Source of the DNA: a virus
Strand: one strand, 5' to 3'
DNA: 64,000 nucleotides
IMG/VR virus record: IMGVR_UViG_3300024349_000326
Span: 1 to 64,000 of that record
The notes beneath the pieces are model-generated. The model saw only the letters and a program-made list of their open reading frames with translations, did not search any database and was not told the DNA's origin. This document shows positions 9,366 to 18,800 of this stretch, one piece after another (within the stretch, counting starts at the first letter, position 1; every line of letters begins with the position of its first letter). The position numbers were made by a program, and so were the translations under genes.

Positions 9366-10235
9366 ATGTCCGTCTCTCTGTACCTCGCGCGTCCGTGGGT
9401 GTCTTGTTTCGAGGGTGAGGATGATGCCGCGAAGGCCGCCGCTGAGAAGGCCGCCGCCGAGGCTGCCGTCGCTGCTGCTGCTGCCGCTGCCGCCACCTCT
9501 GCCAAGACGTTCACACAGGAACAGGTGAACAACATTGTGGCGACCGACCGCCGCAAGCTGGAAGAGGCGCTGAAGAAGACCGAGAAGCAGTACCAGGAAT
9601 TGCTGGCCAGCCAGAGCCTCACCGAGCAGGAGCGGAAGGCCCTGCAAGCGAACCTGGAGATGGTGCAAGGCCAACTGCGGTCGAAGGAAGAGCAGCTTCT
9701 CCTCGAAAAGAAACAGGTCGAAGAGGCTTACGCCGGCAAGTTGCAGGAAATGGAAAGGAAGGCGACCCACTTCGAGACGCTGTTCCGTGATTCCACCATC
9801 CAGCGGGCGCTGCAAGATGCCGCCGTCAAGCACGAGGCGTGGAGTCCTTCGCAAGTCGTCACCCTCCTTCGCGGGCAGACGAAGATGTTGGAGGAGACGG
9901 ACCCCAAGACCGGCAAGTTGACCGGCACGTATAAGCCGATGGTCGAGATGCCGGCCGTCAACACGGCGACGGGCGAGATCGAGACCAAGGCGTACACGCC
10001 CGAGGACGCCGTGAAGAAGATGAAAGACACGCCCGATACCTGGGGCAATCTCTTCCGCAGCGGCGTGGTTTCGGGAATCGGCGCGGGAACGGCTACCGGC
10101 GGCCTCACGCCGGGTCTAAGCGGCAAACTGGATGCGGCGGCGATTCGCAAGCTGACGCAGGAGCAGTTTCGCGAGATTCGGGCCAACCACCCTGAATGGC
10201 TCGGACTCGATCCTTTGCCCAAGAAGGGCCGCTAA
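9366..10235 (+). CDS. scaffolding protein
   Basis: Poly-Ala N-terminal region, long coiled-coil (KLEEALKKTEKQYQELL..., EEQLLLEKKQVEEAY), directly upstream of major capsid gene. Confidence 0.6.
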   Translation: MSVSLYLARPWVSCFEGEDDAAKAAAEKAAAEAAVAAAAAAAATSAKTFTQEQVNNIVATDRRKLEEALKKTEKQYQELLASQSLTEQERKALQANLEMVQGQLRSKEEQLLLEKKQVEEAYAGKLQEMERKATHFETLFRDSTIQRALQDAAVKHEAWSPSQVVTLLRGQTKMLEETDPKTGKLTGTYKPMVEMPAVNTATGEIETKAYTPEDAVKKMKDTPDTWGNLFRSGVVSGIGAGTATGGLTPGLSGKLDAAAIRKLTQEQFREIRANHPEWLGLDPLPKKGR

Positions 10236-10338
10236 CCGTTCGGGGGTCGGCACACCAAAGGTCTGCTCGAACCCGGCGCGCGTCACGGTGACGAGGCACG
10301 GCGAGCAGAGGTCACACGAGAAACTTCGGAGAGTAGCG

Positions 10339-11736
10339 ATGAACCGTTTGTACCTCAGCCAGCCGTTCACGGCTTGCTACGAAAACCAACTGGATGCCTT
10401 CATCCCCGAGTTGTGGGCGGACGAGGGCCTGCGCATGTTGGAAGCCAACCTGGTGATGGCCAACATGGTCCACCGGGACTTCGAGGACCAGATCGCCAAG
10501 TTCGGCGATGTGGTCAACACCCGCCGCCCCGGCGAGTTCAAGATTCGCCGCAAGAAGGACGGCACCACGCTGGTGCAGCAGGACGCCGTGGCCACCAACG
10601 TGCAAGTGCCGTTGAATCAGTGGCTCTACTCGTCTTTCGTGATCCGCGACGGCGAGGGGAGCAAGTCCTTCAAGGAACTGAGCCAGATTTACCTCCAGCC
10701 CGCGATGCAGACCATCGCCCTTGGCGTCGATCGTGCCCTGTTGGGCCAAGTCCACGCCTACCTCGGCGCACCGGCCGACCGTGTGGGCAAGCTGGGTGGA
10801 CTCACCGCCAGCACGGCCAAGGACTACGTGCTGGATGCCCGCGAGCGGCTGAACATCAACAAGGCCCCCGTGGACGGCCGCAAGCTGGTCATGGCCCCCA
10901 CGAGCGAGACGGCCATGCTCAAGACCGACTTGTTCGTTAAGGCCAACGAGCGCGGCGATGGCGGCTCGGCGCTGGAGAGCGCCATCCTCGGCCGTATCCT
11001 CGGCTTCGACACCTACATGGACCAGAACGTCAACTGTGTCCTGTCGGGGTCGGACACCGACAGCGATCCGGTCACGGAGCCGTATGCGGCGGGAAGCCCG
11101 GCGACGACGCAGATTGCGTCGGTGTTGGCTCCCACGGCCGGCGAGTTCGTGGTCGTGGCCGGCAACGATCAGCCGACCTGGGCGACCGGGACGAACGCGG
11201 CCTGGTTCACCTTGAACGAGGCCCTCAAGTACGCCACCGAGGACAACGCCGCGGCCACGCGCTGGGTGAAATGCGTGACGGCTGCCGCTTATGCTGCCGG
11301 CTACAGCGAGGGCATCACGCTGACCGTCACTGAGGGGAAGGCCCCGCAGGTCGGCCAGTTGCTCGCCTTCGGCGCGACCCTCGGCACGCGACACACTTAC
11401 ACGGTGATCGAGTCCGAGGGGAGCGGCACGTCCTGCACCGTCTACCTGGATCGGCCGCTCGTGGCCGCCGTGGGCAACGGTGCCGATACGTTCCCCGGCC
11501 CCTACGGTGCGATGAACTTGGCGTTCCACCGGGACGCCCTGGCACTGGTTACTCGGCCGCTGGCCCTGCCGGACACCCGCGCGGGCGTCATGGCCGGACA
11601 CGCCGCCTACAACGGCATCACCATGCGGGTCTTGGCCCAGTACGACATCAATGCGGGCGGCCTGATCGTCAACTGCGACATCCTCGCGGGTGTGGCGGTG
11701 CTCAACAGCGGCCTGCTGGTCCCGGTGCTCGGCTAA
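10339..11736 (+). CDS. major capsid protein, P22 coat-like
   Basis: Start at MNRLYL with GGAGAG SD; N-terminal region ELWADEGLRMLEANLVMANMVHRDFEDQIAKFGDVVNTRRPGEF resembles P22 gp5 coat family signature; followed by strong terminator. Confidence 0.75.
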   Translation: MNRLYLSQPFTACYENQLDAFIPELWADEGLRMLEANLVMANMVHRDFEDQIAKFGDVVNTRRPGEFKIRRKKDGTTLVQQDAVATNVQVPLNQWLYSSFVIRDGEGSKSFKELSQIYLQPAMQTIALGVDRALLGQVHAYLGAPADRVGKLGGLTASTAKDYVLDARERLNINKAPVDGRKLVMAPTSETAMLKTDLFVKANERGDGGSALESAILGRILGFDTYMDQNVNCVLSGSDTDSDPVTEPYAAGSPATTQIASVLAPTAGEFVVVAGNDQPTWATGTNAAWFTLNEALKYATEDNAAATRWVKCVTAAAYAAGYSEGITLTVTEGKAPQVGQLLAFGATLGTRHTYTVIESEGSGTSCTVYLDRPLVAAVGNGADTFPGPYGAMNLAFHRDALALVTRPLALPDTRAGVMAGHAAYNGITMRVLAQYDINAGGLIVNCDILAGVAVLNSGLLVPVLG

Positions 11737-11766
11737 TCCTGTCCGTAGCGAGTCTCGGTCGCCCGG

Positions 11767-11796
11767 CCCGGTGAACACCGGGCCGGGCGGCCCCTC
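11767..11796 (+). terminator. intrinsic terminator-like hairpin after capsid gene
   Basis: Perfect inverted repeat CGCCCGGCCCGGTG-AA-CACCGGGCCGGGCG (14-bp arms). Confidence 0.6.
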
Positions 11797-11834
11797 TACC
11801 ATCAACTGTCCTGCGGGCTTGCCGGAGATGCCTC

Positions 11835-12131
11835 ATGGAACTGCTCTTTGCACAAGCCGACACGTTTGCCGATGCGATTGCCCTCTTGAAACAGTACGGG
11901 CCGCTGGTCCTGGTGACTGCCGTTCTTCTCTGGCAAAGCTGGGTCCGTGAGTGTCGCATGAACACACGGATCGTGAAGCTCGAAGACGAGCAGCGGAACG
12001 TGCTCATGCCACTGGTGGAAAGGTCCGCCGACGTGATCGCCCAAAACACCTTGATGATGGAGCGGCTGGAAAAGGTGCTGGACGAGCGCTTCGAGTGCCC
12101 TTGGCGGCCCACATGCTCGCAACAAGCCTGA
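11835..12131 (+). CDS. hypothetical small protein (one predicted TM)
   Basis: 98 aa ORF after terminator; hydrophobic stretch PLVLVTAVLLW. Confidence 0.45.
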   Translation: MELLFAQADTFADAIALLKQYGPLVLVTAVLLWQSWVRECRMNTRIVKLEDEQRNVLMPLVERSADVIAQNTLMMERLEKVLDERFECPWRPTCSQQA

Positions 12132-12142
12132 GCGTGACGCCC

Positions 12143-12649
12143 ATGACGTATCCTGCCAACTTCGGACTGAACCAGCAGATTCGGCGCGTGCTCTACGCGC
12201 TGAAGCGTCAGTACGGCGGCACGATAGTTGTCTATCAGAACGGTACGGTGACTACGGACACGAAGACCGGCGAAACGACCCGCACGAAGACGGCCACGCG
12301 GATTCAGCGGGCCGTCGTCCTGCCCGAGACGATCAGCCGCGAAGTGAAGCAGTCGATTTCGCTGATCTCCGCGAACAAGCAGATGGTCACGGGCGGCGGA
12401 TACGAGGCAGGCAAGCGGCTGTTCATCGTCGAACGCCGCGACTGTCCCCACCTCGTCCTGAAGGAGAGCGATTGGCTCGTCTACCACGGCCGCAAGTATT
12501 CAATCGAGAACTTCGAGGAGTACGAGTTCGAGGCGGCCTACATCATCCACGGCAAGGAACTGGTGGGCGAGGCGATTAGCGGCGGGGCGACCGTGACGGA
12601 AGCCAACAATGCCTTGACGCTTGCCGCTCAGGCCGACGGGGAGGTGTAG
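12143..12649 (+). CDS. hypothetical head-tail joining protein
   Basis: 168 aa from ATG 12143; position between capsid and tail genes. Confidence 0.5.
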   Translation: MTYPANFGLNQQIRRVLYALKRQYGGTIVVYQNGTVTTDTKTGETTRTKTATRIQRAVVLPETISREVKQSISLISANKQMVTGGGYEAGKRLFIVERRDCPHLVLKESDWLVYHGRKYSIENFEEYEFEAAYIIHGKELVGEAISGGATVTEANNALTLAAQADGEV

Positions 12650-12651
12650 CC

Positions 12652-13143
12652 ATGCCCGCCAATCCCAATTGGGCACGCTGGGTTTTCGCATCCGTAGCTA
12701 CCTACTTGAAGCAAGTGGCCCAAGGCCAACAGCTTCCCGTTCTGATCGAAGGCTTGGACGAGCGGACCACGGAGTTTATGAGCGCCACGGACAGGTGCGA
12801 GGTCCGCATTACAGGGCCGTTCACCAGGGAGGTGAGCCGCGACTACTTTCAGATCGAGGTCGTAGTGAACGTCCTGTTCGTGAGCCGTTACGAAGAGCAG
12901 AAGAATCAATACGCCATCATCCAGAAGACGGGCGTATTCCAGGAGGCAATGGATGGAGCCATCGCCGTTTACAAGTATGGAAGCGGGGCGGACGACGACG
13001 AGCATGTTCTTGTCGGCTGCCTCTCGCCGATCCAAGGCCGACACAATGCTATCCGGGTGTTGCACTTCGGCCAGGTCAACCCAACCGACCGCTTGAAGCA
13101 GTCGATGGTGGATGCCTCCTATCGGATGGAGATTGCCACGTAG
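12652..13143 (+). CDS. hypothetical head-tail/neck protein
   Basis: 163 aa; start 3 nt after upstream stop. Confidence 0.5.
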   Translation: MPANPNWARWVFASVATYLKQVAQGQQLPVLIEGLDERTTEFMSATDRCEVRITGPFTREVSRDYFQIEVVVNVLFVSRYEEQKNQYAIIQKTGVFQEAMDGAIAVYKYGSGADDDEHVLVGCLSPIQGRHNAIRVLHFGQVNPTDRLKQSMVDASYRMEIAT

Positions 13144-13144
13144 C

Positions 13145-13750
13145 ATGTTTCTTTACGTGATAACCAATCGTGTCAACGGCAAGCAGTACGTTGGCATTAC
13201 GACCAACATTGAACAGCGTTGGCGAGAACACCGTTCCGGTCACGGATCAAAGCCGGTGTACCACGCAGTCAGGAAGTATGGCGCGGATAGTCTGCAATGG
13301 GAAGTGTGGTACGAAGGCGACGAAGACTGGATCAAGATGATGGAGTATCGGGCCATTGTGATGCTCGAAACGCGAGCACCACATGGCTACAACCTGACGC
13401 TCGGCGGTGAAGGTTGCCTCGGTTGGCGACCAAGCCCGGAGACGCTGCAAAAGTTCCGACACCGGCGTAACGGAATGTTGGGTCGTAGACATTCTGATGA
13501 AACCCGACAGAAGATTCGAGCGAAGGCATTCGGCCGCCCGCCGACTTCCGCTGTGCTTACGCTTCTGACAGATACGGCCGGTGAAAAGAACCCTCGCGCA
13601 CGTTCTGTCGTGGTTGATGGCATTGAATACGGGTGCATTAAAGATGCAGCCCTTGCGACCAGGATCAATGTCAACACCCTGTACTCCAGACTGCGCCATT
13701 ACAGTAGGTGCGGCCAATGGCCGGTTGGTTGGAAGTTCGCCCCTGTTTGA
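13145..13750 (+). CDS. GIY-YIG homing endonuclease with NUMOD3 DNA-binding repeats
   Basis: MFLYVITNRVNGKQYVGITTNIEQRWREH = GIY-YIG motif; repeated NUMOD3-like segments (RPSPETLQKFRHRRNGMLGRRHSDETRQKIRAK); GC visibly lower (~50 %) than flanks; free-standing between structural genes. Confidence 0.85.
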   Translation: MFLYVITNRVNGKQYVGITTNIEQRWREHRSGHGSKPVYHAVRKYGADSLQWEVWYEGDEDWIKMMEYRAIVMLETRAPHGYNLTLGGEGCLGWRPSPETLQKFRHRRNGMLGRRHSDETRQKIRAKAFGRPPTSAVLTLLTDTAGEKNPRARSVVVDGIEYGCIKDAALATRINVNTLYSRLRHYSRCGQWPVGWKFAPV

Positions 13751-13778
13751 CACCTAGCAACAAGAGAGGATAGACACA

Positions 13779-14528
13779 ATGGCCCGTATCGAGCTTAGGG
13801 ACTGCAATGTCATTGTTCAGGACGGCCTGAGCGGCACGGCGGCGGTCAACGAACCCGTCACCCCGCCCGAGGCGACCGACACCAGCTTTGACATCGACAC
13901 CGTTGCGCTGAACGCCGCCGTCACTACCAAGGTGCCCGTAGGGGCGCGTTTCAAGATTGCGGGCGAGACGACCCCGGTGTACCACACCGTCACTGCCCGC
14001 ACCCCGGCTGACGCCGGCCCGACGACCGAAATCACCTTCTCGCCGGCCCTTGGGGCGGGCACCTACGCGGACGGCGCGGTGGTGACGTTCTATCCCCAGA
14101 ATCTCGACATCAAGATCGGGGAAGGGAACATCACCTACACCGAGCACAACGAATACGAATACCTCAAGGACCGAGGCGATTTGGACACGGTGAAGGAAGG
14201 CGACGAAGTGCCGATGGACGTGAAGCTGGAGGCCGTCTTCGAGCACATCACCCAGGGCACCAGCGAGCCGGTCAGCCCGATGGATGCCCTGAAGGGCATC
14301 GGCGGGGCGGCCGAGTGGGTGAGCGCGTCGGCCGACCTGTGCGAGCCGTACTGCGTGGACGTGGTGGTCCTGCACACGCCGCCTTGCGGCACGGCTCAGC
14401 TTGAGCGCGTGACCTTCCCCGACTTCCGCTCGGAAACCCGCGAGATCAACTACAAGGAGTCCACGATCTCGATTACGGGCAAGTGCAAGGCCACCGAACC
14501 CCTCGTCGAGCGCGAGGCGGCGGCGTAG
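13779..14528 (+). CDS. major tail protein (candidate)
   Basis: 249 aa, beta-rich, located upstream of chaperone/TMP; followed by terminator. Confidence 0.5.
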   Translation: MARIELRDCNVIVQDGLSGTAAVNEPVTPPEATDTSFDIDTVALNAAVTTKVPVGARFKIAGETTPVYHTVTARTPADAGPTTEITFSPALGAGTYADGAVVTFYPQNLDIKIGEGNITYTEHNEYEYLKDRGDLDTVKEGDEVPMDVKLEAVFEHITQGTSEPVSPMDALKGIGGAAEWVSASADLCEPYCVDVVVLHTPPCGTAQLERVTFPDFRSETREINYKESTISITGKCKATEPLVEREAAA

Positions 14529-14589
14529 TGACGACTCCCCGGCCCTTGGAGGCCGGTTTCTCTGGCCTCTTTCTCAAGAAGACCAGATA

Positions 14590-14640
14590 TGCGGTGCCGG
14601 CAGCGGTGCCGGCACCGCAACTTTCTCTTTTCTTTCAGCG
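14590..14640 (+). terminator. rho-independent terminator after major tail gene
   Basis: GCGGTGCCGGC-AGCGGT-GCCGGCACCGC stem-loop followed by AACTTTCTCTTTTCTTTC. Confidence 0.6.
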
Positions 14641-14651
14641 AGGGAACAAAC

Positions 14652-15179
14652 ATGAAGATTGCCGGTGTTGACCCCAAATCGCTCTCCAACGAAGTGCTCT
14701 TGGTCCTGCCGCGCGGCGAGACTGAGATCATCTTCCGCGCCAAGGGCCTCCCCGACATGGCCGAGTTCGAGGCCCTGTGTCCGAATCCCAAGCCGCCGGG
14801 CAAGTTCACCAAGGATGGCTGGATTCCCAACCTCAACGATCCCACTTACCAGCAAGTCCTCAGCGAGTGGGCCAAGAAGCGGCTGGGCTATCTGGTCGTC
14901 AAGTCCCTCGGTCCCACCGAGATCGAGTGGGATACGGTCAAGGAGAGCGACCCCCGCACCTGGGCCAAGTGGGAGGAAGACCTGAAGAGCGCCGGGTTGA
15001 CCCAGGTGGAGTGCAATCGCGTGCTGGGCTTGGTCTTGGAAGCCAACGCCCTGGATGACGCCAAGCTGCAACGGGCGCGCGAGGTTTTTCTGCGTGGTCA
15101 GGGACCAATGCCCGAAGAATTCTCTTCGCCCCTTTCCGAACCGCCGAGTTCGCCGTCTGGCGGGCGTGCGAACGGCTAG
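14652..15179 (+). CDS. tail assembly chaperone (G-like)
   Basis: 175 aa from MKIAGVD with GAGGGA SD; located directly before TMP region; -1 frame stays open 15059-15355. Confidence 0.5.
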   Translation: MKIAGVDPKSLSNEVLLVLPRGETEIIFRAKGLPDMAEFEALCPNPKPPGKFTKDGWIPNLNDPTYQQVLSEWAKKRLGYLVVKSLGPTEIEWDTVKESDPRTWAKWEEDLKSAGLTQVECNRVLGLVLEANALDDAKLQRAREVFLRGQGPMPEEFSSPLSEPPSSPSGGRANG

Positions 15180-15355
15180 GGGTCCGGCCGCCGGGCGTCA
15201 AGCCGACTTGGGACGAGTGCGGTGTTGAGACCCAGGCTTTGATCGTCGCCTTCGACCAGATGCGAAGTTACGACGAAGCCGAGCGGGAGGCTCAACTGGC
15301 TGGGGCAAGGACGCCCTTCGCGGCACCCCGTCCGGCGAAAGGGGAAGGTTCCTGA
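15059..15355 (+). CDS. -1 frame extension of tail chaperone (GT-like frameshift product, T segment)
   Basis: Frame -1 relative to 14652 ORF is open from 15059 to TGA 15353-15355 with protein-like sequence (AEFAVWRACERLGVRPPGVKPTWDECGVETQALIVAFDQMRSYDEAEREAQLAG) and no internal start; ends 3 nt before next gene; candidate slip site GGTTTTTC 15083-15090 (non-canonical). Confidence 0.45.
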   Translation, partial: RQAATGARGFSAWSGTNARRILFAPFRTAEFAVWRACERLGVRPPGVKPTWDECGVETQALIVAFDQMRSYDEAEREAQLAGARTPFAAPRPAKGEGS

Positions 15356-15357
15356 CC

Positions 15358-15876
15358 ATGAAGTTCAAGGCCCAGTTCTCCATTCCGCGCATCGACGTGG
15401 CGGCCTATCGCAACGCCCTGGACTCTCACATGAAGGCCGCGATTGCCCAGGCCCTTATGGAATGGCTGGAGGCGGTCTTGGCGGAGATTCCGGTGTGGAG
15501 CGGGGCATCGCGGGCGACGTTCGTGAAGCTGGCCCAGCAGATCGGCTACGGGCTGCCCGTCGCACCGGCGGCGACTGCGACCGGCGAGCGGATCGACCGG
15601 ACCTGGATGGGGACGGCCCAAAGCGACGGCAAGCTGACGGCGGACAAGGAGACGGGCGAGTACACCTTCACATACAGCACGACGCTGCCGTGGCTGATCT
15701 GGAACGAGTATCACAACGCCAACGTCGAGCCGGACCCGACCCTTTTCTATCGTCTGATCGAGCCAGGCCCCTACAACTTCCAGGTTGCGGGTGCCAGGGC
15801 CTTTTTGCGGTTTGCGGAGAACGTGGATCTTCCCAAGGTCAAGCCTCACATGCGCGTGGTGCAAGTGAAGTCCTAG
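15358..15876 (+). CDS. hypothetical tail protein
   Basis: 172 aa ORF between chaperone and TMP. Confidence 0.5.
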   Translation: MKFKAQFSIPRIDVAAYRNALDSHMKAAIAQALMEWLEAVLAEIPVWSGASRATFVKLAQQIGYGLPVAPAATATGERIDRTWMGTAQSDGKLTADKETGEYTFTYSTTLPWLIWNEYHNANVEPDPTLFYRLIEPGPYNFQVAGARAFLRFAENVDLPKVKPHMRVVQVKS

Positions 15877-15888
15877 CATGGTGCCTCA

Positions 15889-18800
15889 ATGGCCGACGAA
15901 ACCATTGTCAATAAACTCGGCTTCAGCGTCGAAGACGCCTTGCAGGCGCTTCAGCGATTGGACTCCGCGCTGCAGTCCTCGGGCACCGCCTTCCAGACGT
16001 TCGGCGCGAAGATTAACGCCTGGAATAGCCAGTCGGAAGCCGCGCTCACGCGGATGAAGGACATGGCCTCGGCTGCCGCGCGGCTGGCCAACTCGATGGC
16101 GAAGATGGGCACCGGGCCGGCAACGCCGGCTGCTGCCGCTTCTGCTGCGCCCGCCTCGAACCTCTGGCTGCCGCCCGGCGTGGCCGAGGAAGCGCAAAAG
16201 GCCAATCAGACCATGACGAATCTCGGCAACGCGGCGGCCAATGCCGGGAATCAGATGAGAGAGGCTGGACAGAAGGGGGCAAAGGCCGGGAAGGACGCCG
16301 GGGATGCTGCGAAGAGCGCCGGTGAGAAGACCAAGGCGTGGACCGTCACCTGGGAGACCCTGACGCGGGTGGTAATGACCCAGGCCATCGTCCGCGCCTT
16401 GAGCCAAATCCGTGATCTTTTGCGGGAGGCGGTGGACCAGGCGCTACGGTTCTCCACCCAAATCTCGGAAATCCAGACCATCGCCCCGAGGATCGACCGC
16501 AACTTCCAAGGGCTGAGCAAGGAAGTCGCCAACCTCTCCAAGCAGTTCAACTTCCCGCTGCCCGACGTGGCCGAGGCGGTGTACCAGACGATCTCCGACC
16601 AGTTCACCACGGCGGCCGAGCGCGCGGACATTCTGACGGCTGCCGCCAAACTCGCCAAGGTTGGCGTGATGGACTTGAACGAGGCCGCGCAACTCTTGAC
16701 GGGTACTCTCAACGCCTACGGCATGGCGTCCGACCAGGCCGAGACGGTGGCGGCCAAGTTCTTCAGGACCGTTGAGTTGGGCCGGATGCGTGGAGCCGAG
16801 TTGACCCCGGTGATCGGCCGCATCATCCCGATTGCCAATGAGTTGGGCGTCAGCCTGGATGAAGTCAACTCCTCGATGGTCGCCTTGACCATCGGCTCGA
16901 TGCGCGTCAATGAGGCGGCGACCGGCTTCCGGGCGGCGATGTCGGCTCTTATCAAGCCGTCCGAACAGATGCAGAAGGAGTTGGCCGCGCTGGGCTACGC
17001 CACACCGCAACTGGCGGTCAAAGCCGAGGGACTTCAAGGCATCTTCCTCAAGCTGGCTGGCAGCACGGACGAGAACGTGGCAGCGATGGCCAAGCTGTTT
17101 CTCAACATCCGTGGCTTGAACGCCGAGGCACGTTTGACCGGCGAGGGTGCGGAGAAAGTCGCCGAAGCCATGAAGGCAATGAGCGACATCAATCTCACCG
17201 ACAACTTCAACGAGATATTCAAGGAGTTCACCTCCACCGACGCCCAGCAGTACATGGCGGAGTTGAACAGGTTTAAGACGACGCTGGCGACCGAAGTGGG
17301 GCCGGAATTGGTCAAATTCCTCAAGCACCTGCTCGATGCGGCGGGCGGGGCGGACGGGCTGGCCTCGGCGCTGAAGAGTATCGCCACCACGTTGACGAGC
17401 CTGGCCGAATTGCTCGCCCCGGTGGCCGGGTTGATGGCGATGTTCTCGCTTCGTGGCAAGCTGGCGGGCATGACCGGATTCAAGGGCGCGATCCTCAACA
17501 ATGTCGTTGCGCCGCTGACGATGGCATCGTGGGCTGCGGACTTCCTGGACGCGCAGATGGCGTCGATGCTCGATAACGCCAATGCGAAGTTCCGCAAGGA
17601 CGTGGCGGAGATCGTGGCCAGCCAAAAGAAGGCGGCCCAGGAGCGGCTGGACGCCGAGATGAAGGTCTATGACGAAGCCGGCCGCCGCTTGGCGCAGTAC
17701 ACGGCCGAGGTCCGCCGGGAGTACAACGCCCAAGTGGACCATGTGCGGAAGGCCAACGAGGAGTTGGTTGTGTCGGCGCGGACCACGATGCAGTCGATGA
17801 TTACGGCCCGGGAAAAGGTCGTGCAGCAATTGCGCGCGGCCGCGCAGGACGCCAACAAGGCGGCCGAAGACTCCATGAAGCGCCAGGCCGAGTCGCAGGC
17901 CAAATTGGACGACCTGCTCTTCAAGCGGCGGCTCGAAGAGCGTCAAAAATACGACGACTATTACAAAAAGCCCGAAGTCACGTCGGATATGTACGGCCGG
18001 CGTGCGCTCGAATTGGCGCAGCAAGCGGCGGGCCTTTTGGCCAAGGCCGAGACCCCGGATCAGGAGCGGACGGCCCAGGCGATCTTCCAGCGGGCGGCAG
18101 CCTACGCCCAGGAAGCCGAGCAGATCGCCAAGGGGACCGAGAACGAGTGGCTGCGGAAGCGTGCCGCCGACACGGTGGAGGACATCATCCGCAAGCAGAT
18201 CGCCGCCGAAAAGGAGCTTCAGGCTAACAGCGCCACGCGGGCCTCGGCGGCTGCCCGAGCGGCGGCTCAAGAGCAAGAGCGCGTGAACCGGATGAAGGTC
18301 TTGATGAAGGGAATCCTCACGGACCTTGATCTGTTCGACAAGAAAGGTCCGGTGGACCCCAAGAAGACGGCAGAGATGTCGGCCGACTTGAAGAGCAAGA
18401 TGGATGCCTTCAAGAAGGAATGGATGGAGGGCACGGCCGATCTCAGTCTGGACGAGGCGTTGAAGCTCGACGCCTTGCAGCAGCGGGTCAAGACGGCCTT
18501 GGAGGGCGGCGTCTCGGAGGCGGAGGTCCAGAAGCTCTTTGCCGCCCCGGACACGATTGACCAATTCCGCGCCCAGATCGAGGCGGGACTGAACAAGAAG
18601 GCGATGGAGGTCTCGGTCCTGTTGCCGGTGGCCTCGCCCGACCTTGCCAAGAAGCTGTTGGCCGAGATGCCCTTACCCGACCGGGACAAGTACCTCCAAC
18701 AACAGAATAGTGCCTACGAGAAACAACTGGAACTGGTCAAGAAGCTCGCCAGCGAACAGCAGAGTTTGACTGCCGCCACGACCAATCAGAAAGCGGCCGT

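Noticed and set aside
10312-11805. 497-aa minus-strand ORF antisense to major capsid gene
   Set aside because: Shadow ORF in a high-GC region; sense-strand product has a clear capsid signature.
15084-15090. Canonical X XXY YYZ slippery heptamer for the chaperone frameshift
   Set aside because: None present in the zero frame between 15059 and 15179; GGTTTTTC is only a non-canonical candidate, so the frameshift is reported as inferred from the open -1 frame.
16444-18564. 706-aa minus-strand ORF antisense to tape measure gene
   Set aside because: Antisense shadow ORF; Arg/Leu/Gly-rich low-complexity sequence; the TMP assignment on the plus strand is strong.
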